NCBI RefSeq assembly: GCF_030144855.1
Contig: NC_082719.1
Coordinates: 49,290,001 to 49,354,000 of the forward strand
Direction: 5' to 3'
DNA: 64,000 nucleotides
Source: Hypanus sabinus
Lineage: Eukaryota
Shown here: one piece after another, positions 25,178 to 37,699 of the stretch
Numbering within the stretch: position 1 is the first letter of the stretch
Layout of the letters: each line of letters begins with the position of its first letter
Notes under the pieces: model-generated
Databases searched by the model: none
Told to the model about the DNA's origin: nothing
What the model saw: the letters and a program-made list of their open reading frames with translations, nothing else
Translations under genes and position numbers: made by a program

Positions 25178-26779
25178 CTCCTGTAACTGGAGGAGTCTTA
25201 CTTGCATTGTGATATGTTCCACTAACAACTAGGAACTACCTACAAGGCTATATACTGACTGTGAGAAGTGAAACTCTGCTTTAATGCAAAGAAAAGATTA
25301 GCACAGAGCAATTTCTGGGCCAACCTTTCTCTGATACCGAAAATTAACTTCGACAATCATTCAGTACCTCATCCCTAAAGATTTTACTTTATTGTTGCAG
25401 ATTTAAAAAGTAATATTGTTTTGATATTTTTGTCTCTCTTCTCTCACTCTTAATTCCACCTTAATTTCCCATTCTGTTTTGCCTTATGTACTTGATTTGC
25501 CTTTGAATTAAATTTTCTCATGGCCCTTTTCTCAGATTGATTCTATATTGCTGGTTAACAATTCTTCAGTCTGAATGACAAAGAGGATACATAAGTATTT
25601 GTCCTGTTGACTAACATCCCAGAATCCCCGATGAGAGATGCCACGAAGACTTGTGTTTCATCTCTTTTCTGAAAATTTAATGTCAAGAAGAGTGATGCTG
25701 CTCTTTGTTACTGGCTGCAAAATTTGCATTTTCAGATTCTTTTAATTAACTTTTATTCTTTTTGGCTTGCAGGGGATTTAGTTTGAAAATTCATTTGCAG
25801 AGTGGTTAAAAAAAGAAGAGAAACAACATTGCAGCTTAAGGAATCAACTGAACACTGGAAATTCACATCCTAAGATGACTGGACAGACCTCCTGGGGACC
25901 CCAATTACTTGTTTCTGCAGATTTCAAGGCAGCAGGGCAATCCACAAAAAGTCAGACAAGAGTCCTGTACTACATAACACTGTCAGAATTTAGATAGAGA
26001 CATCCCATTAAAGACAGCAGTGAGCAAACAATATGATCAAGAAAAATTTAAGTGAAGGACACTTTTGGGTTTGTGGTGTACAATAAGGTGAGAAATTTAC
26101 AAAGGAGACCACAGTTATGTTTCTTACATGACAAACATATTGTCCATAACCTTGTCTTTAAAAGTAGTAAGAAATATGAAGCATCTCTCCTAACAATGGA
26201 TCATATTCTCAGAGGCTTATAAAAATGATTTGTGGGATTAAATTTAGTGTGCAAGCTTCCAACATTGACTCATTCAATTTATTATTTGTAACTACTTGAT
26301 TCAACTGAGTGTCATTCTAAGTCATGTACAAGGCTCTGTTGAAAAGAGCTTACTCCAATTTGGGTAAGCAGGGCAGCACTGTGAGCACTGTGTCAAGTGC
26401 CTTCAATACCATACAGCCCTCATGGCTGGGGAAAAGCTTTGTTCAAAGCAAATTGGCAATTCCGTTGTATCCTGGATAATGGGCCACTGACTGGCAGACC
26501 ATAGTTGGTGCAGCTTCAGAGCTGTGAGTCAGAAAAGCAGCAATGGGGCCCGACAGGGGACTGTATTGGTTCCCTTCCTGTTTACCCTGTGTATGTTGGA
26601 CTTTAGATGCAAGTTGTCTGCAGACATTCTCTGATGACTCAGCAATAGCTGGGTGTTTAAAGGAAGGACTGGAGGATGAATATAGGGCCCTGCTGGAGGA
26701 TTTTGTCAAATGGTGCATAGAACATAGAATAGTACAGCTCATTACAGGCCCTTTGGCCCACAATCTTGTGCTGACCCTC

Positions 26780-29560
26780 AAGCCCTGCATCCCATATAAC
26801 CCCCCACCTTAATTTCCTCCATATACCTGTCTAGTAGTCTCTTAAACTTCACTAGTGTATCTGCCTCCACCACTGACTCAGGCAGTGCATTCTACGCACC
26901 AACCACTCTCTGAGTGAAAAACCTTCCCCTAATATCCCCCTTGAACTTCCATCCCCTTACCTTAAAGCCATGTCCTCTTGTACTGAGTAGTGGTGCCCTG
27001 GGGAAGAGGTGCTGGCTGTCCACTCTGTCTATTCCTCTTAATATCTTGTATACCTCTATCATGTCTCCTCTCATCCTCCTTCTCTCTAAAGAGTAAAGCA
27101 TTAGCTCCCTTAATCTCTGATCATAATCCATACTCTCTAAACCAGGCAGCATCCTGGTAAATCTCCTCTGTACACTTTCCAATGCTTCCACATCCTTCCT
27201 ATAGTGAGGTGACCAGAACTGGACACAGTACTCCAAGTGTGGCCTAACTAGAGTTTTATAGAGCTGCATCATTACATCGTGTCTCTTAAACTCTATCCCT
27301 CGACTTATGAAAGCTAACACCCCATAAGCTTTCTTAACTACCCTATCTACCTGTGAGGCAACTTTCAGGGATCTGTGGACATGTACCCCCAGATCCCTCT
27401 GCTCCTCCACACTACCAAGTATCCTACCATTTAGTCTGCCTTGGAGTTAGTCCTTCCAAAGTGTACCACCTCACACTTCTCTGGTTTGAACTCCATCTGT
27501 GACTTCTCAGTCCACTTCTGCATCCTATCAATGTCTCTCTGCAAACTTCGACAATCCTCTACACTATCTACAACACCACCAACCTTTGAGTCATCTGCAA
27601 ACTTGCCAACCCACCGTTCTACCCCCACATCCAGGTCGTTAATAGAAATCACAAAAAGTAGAGGTCCAAGAACAGATCCTTGTGGGACACCACTAGTCAC
27701 AACCCTCCAATCTGAATGTACTCCCTCCACCACAACCCTCTGCCTTCTGCAGAAAAGCCAATTCTGAATCCACCTGGCCAAACTTCCCTGGATCCCATGC
27801 CTTCTGACTTTCTGAATAAGCCTACCATGTGGAACCTTGTCAAATGTCTTACTAAAATCCATGTAGACCACATCCACTGCACTAACCTCATCTATATGCC
27901 TGGTCACCTCCTCAAAGAACTCTATCAGGTTTGTTAGGCATGATATGTCCTTTACAAAGCCATGCTGACTGTCCCCGATCAGACCATGATTCTAAATGCC
28001 CATAGATCCTATCTCTAAGAATTTTTTCCAAAAGCTTTTCCACCACAGATGTAAGGCTCACTGGTCTATAATTACCTGGACTATCCCTACTACCTTTTTT
28101 GAACAAGGTGACAACATTTGCCTCCCTCCAGTCCTCTGGTACCATTCCCATGGACAACGAGGACATAAAGATCCTAGCTAGAGGCTCAGCAATCTCTTCC
28201 CTCGCCTCGTGGAGCAGCCTGAGGAATATCCCGTAAGGCCCCGGGGACTTATCCATCCTAATGTATTTTAACAACTCCAACACCTCCTCTCCCTTAATAT
28301 CAACATGCTCCAGAACATCAACCTCACTCATATTGTCCTCACCATCATCAAGTTCCCTCTCAGTGGTGAATACCGAAGAGAAGTATTCATTGAGGACCTC
28401 GCTCACTTCCTCAGCCTCCAGGCACATGTTCCCACTTTTATCTCTAATCAGTCCTACCTTCACTCCTGTCATCCTTTTGTTCTTCACATAATTGAAGAAT
28501 GCCTTGGGGTTTTCCTTTACCCTACTCGCAAAGGTCTCATGCCCCCTTCTTGCTCTTCTTAGCCCCTTTTTAAGCTCTTTTCTTGCTACCCTATAATCCT
28601 CAAGAGACCCATCTGATCCTTGCTTCCTAAACCTCATGTATGCTGCCTTCTTCCACCTGACTAGATTTTCCACTTCACTTGTCCCTTCCTTCACCCTACC
28701 ATTCATTATCTTCCTCACCGGGACAAATTTATCCCTAACATCCTGCAAGAGATCCTTAAACATCAAACACATGTCCATAGTACATTTCCCTGCAAAAACA
28801 TCATCCCAATTCACACCTGCAAGTTCTAGCCTTATAGCCTCATAATTTGCCCTTCTCCAATTAAAAATGTTCCTGTCCTCTCTGATTCTATCCTTTTCCA
28901 TGAGAATGCTCAAGGTCAGGGAGCAGTGATCACTGTCCCCCAGATGCTCACCCACTGACAGATCTGTGACCTGACCCGGTTCGTTACCTAATACTAGATC
29001 TAGTATGGCATTCCCCCTAGTCAGCCTGTCAACATACTGTGCAACATCCGTCCTGGACACACTTAACAAACTCTGCCCCATCTAAACCCTTGGAACTAAA
29101 CATGTGCCAATCAATATTAGGAAAGTTAAAGTCACCTATGATAACAACCCTGTTATTTTTGCACCTTTCCAAAATTTGCCTCCCAATCTGCTCCTCGGAA
29201 TCTCTGTTACTACCAGGGGGCCTATAGAATACTCCCAATAGAGTAACTGGTCACTTCCTGTTCCTGACTTCCACCCATACTGACTCAAAAGAGGATCCTG
29301 CTACATTACCCACCCTTTCTGCAGCTGTAATAGTATCCTTGACCAGTAATACCACCCCTCCTCCCCTTTCTCCCCCCTCTCTATCCCTTTTAAAGCACTG
29401 AAATCCAGGAATACTGAGAATCCATTCCTGCCCTGGTGCCAGCCAAGTCTCCGTAATGGCCACTGCATCATAATTCCATGTATGTATCCAAGCTCTCAGT
29501 TCATCACCTTTGTTCCTGATGTTTCCTGCATTGAAGTACACACATTTTAGCCCTTCTACC
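26780..29560 (-). pseudogene. CR1 ORF2: AP endonuclease + reverse transcriptase
   Basis: YFNAGNI, ITETW, GDFN, SDH, NYRPVSLTS, DFSKTFDKVPH, GVPQGSVLGP, KFADD, spread over frameshifted ORFs. Confidence 0.9.
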
Positions 29561-29684
29561 TTACAACCTTTACACCCTTTATTCTGCTTCTCTTTCCTCA
29601 AAGCCTCTCTATATGTTAGATCTGGCTTTACTCCATGAATTTATTTCACTGCTCTATCGCTCCGGGTCCCATCCCCCTTGCAAA

Positions 29685-30624
29685 TTAGTTTAAACCCTCC
29701 TGAACCATGCTAGCAAACCTACCAGCAAGAATATTGCTCCCCCTAGAGTTCAGGTGCAACCCACCCAATTTGTACAGGTCCCACCTTCCCCAGAAGAGAT
29801 CCCAATGGTCCAAAATTCTAAAACCCTGCCCCCTGCACCAAGTCCTCAGCCACGCATTCAACAGCCATCTCCTCTGCTTCTTACCATCACTATCACGTAG
29901 TACTGGCAGCAATCCTGAGAACGCCACCCTTGAGGTCCTGATCTTCAGCCTTCTGCCTGGTTCCCGAAACTCACACTTCAGGACCTCATCCCTCTTCCTG
30001 CCTACGTCGTTGGTCCCAACATGAAAAACGACTTCTGGTTGCTTTCCCTCTGGTACCAGGATGTCACGCACCCGGTCAGAGACAACCCGGACCCTGGTAC
30101 CCAGGAGGCAACAAACCATGCGGGTTTCCTTCTCACGTCCACAAAATCTCCTGTCTGCTCCCCTGACTAGAGTCTCCAATGACGACAGCTCTCCTCTTCT
30201 CCGTCCCATCCTTCTGCACCACAGGGTCAGACTCAGTGTCAGAGGCCCTGCCACCGTGGCTCACACCTGGTCGGTCGTCCTCACCAACAGCATCCAGGAC
30301 GGTAAACTTATTATTCAGTGGAATGGCTACAGGCGTGCTCTGCACTACCTGTCTACTCTCCTTTGCTTTCCCCCCTCGGACTGTCACCCAGTGACCTGCT
30401 TCCGGCAGCCTAGGTGTGACTACCTCCCTGTAGCTCTCATCTGTGACTGCCTCATTCTCCCTTATGAGTCGAAGGTCATCCAGCTGCTGCTCCAGATTCC
30501 TCACATGGTCTTCCAGATCGCCCAGCCGCAAGCACTTCTGGCAGATGTGACTCTGCGGGAGAGGGGAGTTCCCCCAAGACTGCCACATCTCACAGGAGAG
30601 GCACATCACCATCTCAGGAGGCAT
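29685..30624 (-). pseudogene. CR1 ORF1: zinc finger/leucine zipper + SGNH esterase
   Basis: CLSC...CQKC, VVIGDS, VFHVGTND, GLHLN; one frameshift near 30165. Confidence 0.88.
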
Positions 30625-32768
30625 TGTAAAGACTAACGGGGAACAAGATCATCCTCCGCCTCTTCTCATCGAAGCGTCTCGAGTCAAAGCCTCAAATCTC
30701 CACTCCTTCACTGGCCCACTCACTCAATGGCCTCTTTCCACATTACAAACTGAATCATCTGCAACTCAACATTACTAAGACAAAGAAGATGGTGATGGAC
30801 TTTAGGGAGACTAAGCCTGCATTGTTCCTTGTTACTATTGATGGTGAGGATGTGGATGTGGTGAGGACCTACAAGTACCTGGGGGAGTACCTGCATGACA
30901 GATTAAGGGAAGCACCAACACAGAGGCTGTGCACAAGAAGGGCCAGAGTCATCTTTACTTCCTAAGGAGACTGAGGTGCTTTGGAGTGTGCAGGCCTCTC
31001 TTTCACATGTCCTACCAGTCTGTTGTCACTAGTGCAATCTTCTGTGCGGTGGTGTGCTCGGGCTATGGCATCAACACGATTGATGCCAACAGGCTCAAAA
31101 AACTGATTGGAAAGACTGTCTCTGTTATCGGAGTCAAACTGGAAACACCGGATGCTGTGCCAGAACAAAAGACCCTACTGAAGATCTTGCCAATTCTGGA
31201 CAATGTTTCTCACTCTCTGCATGCCACCTTGGCTGAACAGAGAATCACTGTCAGTAATAGACCAAGACAACTGTGCTGCTCCAAAGAGCACTATATGAGG
31301 TCATTTTTACCCTTGTCCATTTGGGGAAGTGATGACCATCTCCTGTTAAACTGTTTGAGGTAACATATTTTTTATTCTTTCTTACTTCTCTTCGAAGATC
31401 TGTATATTACTTGTAACGCTACCGTGACACCGTAATTTCCTTTGGGATCAATAAAGTATCTATCCATCTAAAATCTCTGCTGTATTTATTTTGTAGACAA
31501 TCACACAAGATTAATGATAATGGGCATAAGAGGCATATTGTCAATGAGTGAAACAATGGAACAGATATTACACTAATCCTGTAAAATTCTTCCCAGCCAA
31601 TAATTTGGAACTGGTGCTCAAATTGGGAGAGCTCCATCACAAGCTCATCAAAGAACAGCAAGACAGTCATGCACAAAGTCACATAAATAAGATCCAAGAC
31701 CCTTCCATGGCCTATTCCTCCTCCAGACTTAATGCACCTGATTGGAAAATTACTTTTTGCTGAGTAGCTTCAGACCTAGTGGATAAATACTTACGACGTC
31801 TTTTCCTAACTTATCAGATAATGCAATCTAAAAGAAAATATCATCTGCTAATGATTATCTGTCTTATTCTTATAAAAGATGCACTGGATTTCCTTCAGAT
31901 TGAACACACTGGCAAACAATGTCAGAGAATTCTCTTTGTGTGGAGGAGCTGCAAACTTCACCAGAAAGAATGTCTTGGTGATATTGTTACCAACTGAGCT
32001 GGTTACGTTCTCAGGAGCACTTTGTGAAATTTGACCAGTGGGTAGGAGTCACCATGTACTGTGCTTGTTAAGGCAAAAGTTTAATTTTATAGCAAGGAAA
32101 CTTTACACTATCATATGCCAACTGGGACAATTATCAAAATACTGAGTTGTATTAAACATACCCTGGGACCACTTCATGACGATGTAAAACTATAACCAAT
32201 TAAGTAAATAGGAAATTGAGCTAAGCTAACAAATATTGCTAATATGTTCACACCCACTACTAATTACAGATGAATAGCAGTTAATTGACAGGAGGTCTGA
32301 GAGGCTATATGAGTGAAAAAGAATGCCAAATATTTCCAGACACTTTCAGTGAAGTGTGAAATAAAAAATTATTTGTTCTACGTTATTTCACATCAGACTC
32401 AGGTTTCCACTAGACATTTCAAGGAATGTCCCTGATAGTCTCCAGTGCACCCGAATCTACAATCTCTATTGGATCTGTAAAGTCAGTCTCCTGTAGTGAA
32501 GTAGCGAAAAGCATCGGGCTCCAATGCTGTCCCTGGCCATGTCCATAGAGCTTACGCAGGTCTGCTGGCAGAGGTATTTGCAGACCCTCCCTGCTTCAAA
32601 CAGTGGTTCCCTCCTGCTATAAGAAGATCACTATTGGTTCTGGTGATGTCATCGTTGAGAATGGCAGCTTAAGTCACAAGCTCCTCCGGAAAAACGCGTA
32701 TTAAGCCCCGTTATTCCATCAAATATAATATTTTTCGAAAAATATTTGAACTGAAAAGAGGTGCAAGA

Positions 32769-33780
32769 ATGAGGAGAAGAAATGGAAATTAAAAAGGTGA
32801 CACTGCGGATCCTGCGTCCGAGAGGAGTGCAGCGAGTGGTTCTCCGACCCGACCGTGTGTTAGCGAGGCGGCCACCAGGCTTCATTCGGGCGAAGTGGCG
32901 AATATTTTCGAAATCCTGAAAGAAATAATGGAGGTCCAGGAAGATATAAAGCAACAGCTCCGTGATATTAAGGCAGAGCTTGCCAGCGTTAATCAAAAAA
33001 TAGTGGTGGCAGAGACTCAAATTGAGAAGGTGGAAGATCACGTTCAAAACGTGGACTGGATACTGAGCAAGGCAATAAAAATCATACATCACCAAGAAGG
33101 TAAACTGCTTGATCTAGAGGGAAGATCACGGCGGAAAAATATCAGAATCTACAACGTTCCTGAAGGAACGGAGGGCCCGTCCATGACAGAGTTTGTCGAA
33201 AAGTTACTGCGGGACACGCTGGATCTTCCCTTGGTTATGAAGCTGGAAGTCGAGAGAGCCCACCGCACGTTCGTTCCGAAACCTACCCAGGATAGAAAGC
33301 CACCCTCAATAATAATTAAATTCCTGCGGTACAGCACCAAGGCACAGATTCTACAAAGGGCCTGGGGTAAGATGAGATTAATTTATACGACGATAAGTTA
33401 ATATATTTCGACCAGGATTACCCCCCCCCCCCCCCGCGGTCCTGCAGAAATGCAAAGAATACTCTGAAGTAAAACAAATACTAAAGCAAAACAAGATTAG
33501 ATTTCAAACTCCGTACCCTGCTAAACTTAGAGTGTTTTATGACAACGGGACGCTGTTGTACCAGACAGTGGAAGAGGTGACTACAGACATGAAGGCCAGA
33601 GGGTTGCCCGTCAGCGTGACCAAAACGAAGGAAAGCCTAACTGAGGAATTATCCTGCTCCGCTTGGGAAATAGTGTGAGAATCGAGAAGGCAGGAGACGG
33701 GAGGAGGCCGAGAAAAATATATCAGGAAGAGACTGGGAGTTTCCCAAAGACAGTCCTCACCCCCTTCAGAAGAGCCATAA
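32769..33780 (+). pseudogene. L1 ORF1p (coiled coil + RRM + CTD), disrupted
   Basis: LLDLEGRSRRKNIRIYNVPEG, ERAHR, IYFDQDY, FQTPYPAKLRV; stops and frameshifts near 32790, 33400 and 33678. Confidence 0.85.
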
Positions 33781-33937
33781 GGTTTGGCTAAGTTTAAAAA
33801 TGCTGAGAAGCTAAACAGAAGCATAACTGCACGGTGATATACCTATCTCGAGAAATACTTACTATAATGTGGATTTGATATTACTTAGTTATTATTCTTT
33901 ATTCTCTCACTTACTCCTTTTTCCCCACCAAAATGAG

Positions 33938-34012
33938 AATATATATATGTAATGTATGTATGTATAGTGTGTGTGTGTGTGTGGGTGTGTGTATATATAT
34001 ATATATATATAT
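33938..34012. repeat. Compound (TA)n/(TG)n microsatellite in the L1 inter-ORF spacer
   Basis: Read directly. Confidence 0.9.
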
Positions 34013-34911
34013 AGGAGGAGTACACAGAGAAATCTTTTCTGTGTAATGGATTTGTTCACTGACATTTATGAATACTGCAATGGGGGCCACAACCCACAAG
34101 TAGGTGGGGTCATCCCCCACAGCTAGACATTTCCTCTAGCTCAACGCAGGGTCATCTACTAGAGACCTCAGCCTTGGAATCACACCTTTGTTGCCATTTT
34201 TGTCGTTATTTGTGGTTCTTGGTTCTTATTTGTTCAGGGAGTAGATTGATTAAGTTTTATTCTAATTTCACTGGTACATTGACAGATAAATACAGATGGC
34301 TAAGGACAAGGTAAAATTAATTTCTTTTAATGTCAATGGGCTATTAAATCCAATCAAACATAAGAGAATTTTATCCAATTTGGAACAATTTGATTCATAC
34401 TGGGAAAAATGGTTTAACTACTTAAATGCCTCATAGGCCTGATTTTATTCTCACAAATCAATGAATCTGTTGCAAAAAAAAAGATCACTCCCTACTTGTA
34501 CATAGTTCTTTCCTTTTGCTTGTTTTTTCTTTCCACTCTTTTCTATAAGTGTATACCCCAGATAAATACTTTGTGGAGATTTGTGATATATATGATTATA
34601 TGATATATATGTACAATGTCTGAGATACATCTTATGGAAATGTTTGTTTGATGATGAACTTCAATAAAAAAAATAAATTATAAAAAAAAGATCACTATCG
34701 CCCCAGTATCCAAGAAAAACAAGATAGTGTGCCTTGATGTGATTCTGGTATTTATCATCATGAAGTGCTTTGGAAGCATCAACAGCAGCCGTCCAAACAA
34801 TCTTGACCCACTGCAATTAGCATATCACTGGAACAAGTCTAAGGCCAACGCCATCTCCCTGGCCCTACACTCATTTCTGGAGCATCTGGATAGTAAAGGC
34901 ACCCATGTCAG

Positions 34912-35065
34912 ATGAGTTAGATAGTGCTGTTATATATAGCGGGGTCAAGGGATATGGGGAGAGGGCAGGAATGGGGTACTGATTATGTATGATCAGCCAT
35001 GATCACAGTGAATGGCGGTGCTGACTAGAAGAGCCGAATGGCCTACTCCTGCTCCTATTGTCTAT
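34912..35065 (+). mobile_element. Short CR1 3' end
   Basis: GATCAGCCATGATC...GAATGGCCTACTCCTGCTCCT and a TATTGTC tail. Confidence 0.75.
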
Positions 35066-35718
35066 TCTTTATTAGAATAACTCTACCTTCAAAATAATTT
35101 CCAAGCAAACTCATCACCAAACTCCAGACCCTGGGGTCAATGTCACCATCTGGAAATGGATCTCTGATATCCTGACCAACAGACCACATTCAGTAAGAAC
35201 AGGTAGCAACAGCTCTGCCATGATTATTCTAAGCACAGGTGCTCTAACAAGGCTGTGTCCTCAGACCCCTTCTCTGCTCGCTATACACTCATGGCAGTAT
35301 GGATAGCTTCTGCTTTGACTCCATCTACAGGTTTGCAGATGATACCACCATAATGGGCCAAATCTCAAATAGTGATGAGTTGACGTACAGGAAGGACAGA
35401 GAGAGCTTAGTGACATGGCATCATAGCAACAGACTTTCCCTCAATGTAAGGCCAATAAAGGAGCTGATCATTGGCTTCAGAAAGGGGTAGAGTCTGTGCA
35501 TATGCCCTGTCTACATAAATGGTGTAGATTTGAGAGGGTTGAGAATTTAATGTTCTGGAGAGACCATCCTGATCCAACCACACTGATGTCACAGCTAGGA
35601 AGGCTTATCATTGCCTCTACTTCCTAAAGAAATTTGCCAAGTTCCCATCAACCTTTACCAATTTTCATTGATGCACCATAAAGAGCATTCTATCTGGAAG
35701 CACAAGGGCTTGTTCTGA

Positions 35719-36250
35719 CCATTGCTCTGCCCATGACCACAGGAAACTTCAGAGAGTTGTGGCCATTGCTCTGCCCGTGACCACGGGAAACTGCAGAGAG
35801 TTGTGGCCATTGCTCTGCCCGTGACCACAGGAAACTTCAGAGAGTTGTGGCCATTGCTCTGCCCGTGACCACGGGAAACTGCAGAGAGTTGTGGCCATTG
35901 CTCTGCCCGTGACCACGGGAAACTGCAGAGAGTTGTGGCCACTGCTCTGCCCGTGACCACAGGAAACTGCAGAGAGTTCTGGCCACTGCTCAGCCCGTGA
36001 CCACAGGAAACTGCAGAGAGTTCTGGCCACTGCTCAGCCCGTGACCACAGGAAACTGCAGAGAGTTGTGGCCACTGCTCTGCCCGTGACCACAGGAAACT
36101 GCAAAGAGTTGTGGCCACTGCTCTGCCTGTGACCTCAGGAAACTGCAAAGAGTTGTGGCACTGTTCAGCCCGTGACCACAGGAAACTGCAAAGAGTTGTG
36201 GCCACTGTTCAGCCCGTGACCACAGGAAACTGCAGAGAGTTGTGGCCACA
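35719..36250 (+). repeat. 44-bp minisatellite, about 12 copies
   Basis: Unit CCA(T/C)TGCTCTGCCCGTGACCAC(A/G)GGAAACTGCAGAGAGTTGTGG starting at 35719, 35763, 35807... Confidence 0.97.
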
Positions 36251-36867
36251 GCTCAGCACGTTGCAGAAACCAGCCTCCTCTCTATGGACTACTTATTGCT
36301 GAAACAGTAAACATCATCAAAAATCCCCCCCACCCCAGACATTCTTTCTTCTCCTCTCCCTCATCAGGCAGAAGACAAAAAAAAGCCTGAAATTACATAC
36401 CACGACATTCAAGGACAATTTCTAGTCGACTGTTATCAGAGTCTTGAGTGGACTTCTTGTATGATAAGATGGACTCGACGTCAAAATCTACCTTGTTATG
36501 ATCTTGCCCTTTATTGTTTACCTGCACTGCACTTTCTCACTATTCTACATTGTTATTGTTTTAGTTTGTTTACCTCCATGCACTATGTAATGATTTGATC
36601 CACATAACAGTATGAAAGAGAAGCTTTTCACTGTATCTTGGTACAAGTGACAATAATAAACCAATATCAATACCAATGACACGATGTCTCCATGAGCAGT
36701 GAGTGGAATTATGTGATCCCCGACACGGCAATCCTTTTATAGCAATGTGGGAAGTTGGATGGACTTATCGCTCACACCAACCCGGTCGTCGCAATACAAC
36801 TCCAGGATGGAATGGTGCCAGGTTACCTCCTGCATCTGCTTCCCAGTCTCTGTGGACATGTGCAATT

Positions 36868-36903
<36 letters not shown>
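36868..36903. repeat. (CA)n microsatellite
   Basis: Read directly. Confidence 0.95.
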
Positions 36904-36909
<6 letters not shown>

Positions 36910-37214
36910 ATTTACCACAGGTCATGTTGCAACCATTCATCCTGCAGATAAATCATTCTGCAGAATGGTTGCAACAGATGATGTTACAACCATTCATCCC
37001 ACCCCCATACTACCTCCTGATGTGCCAGGACACAATCTTTTTCCTATACGTTCCAAAGGTGGTAGGATTTTTGTTCACTCACAATCCTCTCTTTTTAGCA
37101 GCAACAGAGGACAATGGAACGTTTGACACCTTCCCACACCAGTGCTGCCCATACTGAGCCTGGGCACAGAGTTCCAGGTTGTTGTGGGTTGACGTATGAG
37201 CTGATGTTTGCACT

Positions 37215-37485
37215 GAGGGTTTGCACTGGATCCTGGGTTTTCCCACTTGCAGACGGTTCGGATTGACAAAAACATCTCCTCCACAGTCTCCATCCCCACA
37301 GAGATGTGTGCTTAGTCCCCTGCTCTACTCACTTTACACCTCTGACTGTGTGGCTCCAGCACCGGATACAAGTTTGCTGAAGGCACGACTGTTGTGGGCT
37401 GAACCAAAGGTGCTGATGAATTAGCATATAGAAGGGACTGAGTGGTGTAATAACAACAACCTCTCACTCAATGTCAACAAGATCG
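37215..37485 (+). mobile_element. Rex1 RT fragment
   Basis: WIL..., CVLSPLLYSLYTSDC, KFA, LSLNVNK motifs. Confidence 0.7.
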
Positions 37486-37699
37486 ATCTCATCAATCTTT
37501 TAAGAGACACTTAGCAAATATATCTTAAATATCTAAACATAGACTAAACATCCCCTGGTTCCTATTTATTTAATCTTATCACAGCAGCTCAGAAATGCTC
37601 TCTTAAATTTGTCAAATAAACATGTAGGCAATAAGGGAAGTCTTTGCTTAGTGTCCTCTATCTCTCCTTTAATAATGGATTCCAGCGTCTCATTGACAC

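Larger units (their letters stand above)
26718..30745 (-). mobile_element. Near full-length CR1 LINE (~4.0 kb), frameshifted
   Basis: 5' UTR, ORF1, ORF2 and (TTCTATG)n tail, all collinear. Confidence 0.92.
26385..31470 (+). mobile_element. Rex/Babar LINE 3' part, split by a CR1 insertion
   Basis: LQTFSDDSAIAGC...LLEDFVKWC ends at 26717 and resumes at ~30746 (KLNHLQLNITKTK, KKGQSHLYFLRRL); tail AATAAAGTATCTATC. The uninterrupted homologue is at 39000-39750. Confidence 0.85.
32635..34687 (+). mobile_element. L1-clade element with ORF1 and an almost wholly deleted ORF2; TSD AAGATCACTAT
   Basis: TSD at 32624-32634 and 34688-34698; AATAAA plus A-rich tail at 34663-34687; ORF1 motifs present. Confidence 0.9.
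32560..36675 (+). mobile_element. Rex1 LINE remnant hosting an L1, a CR1 tail and a minisatellite
   Basis: VPSCYKKIT|IAPVSKKNK across the L1; LDPLQLAYHWNKSKANAISLALH; FADDTTIMG; tail CAATAATAAACCAATATCAATACCAAT. Confidence 0.8.

Noticed and set aside
33421-33435. Long C/G homopolymers (also 4581-4595 and ~63896-63910) as functional motifs
   Set aside because: Most likely slippage expansions or sequencing length errors inside dead elements.
35719-36250. CRISPR-like array, or repeat proteins from ORFs 35655..36249
   Set aside because: Units are head-to-tail with no unique spacers, there are no cas genes, and the ORFs are antisense by-products of the minisatellite.
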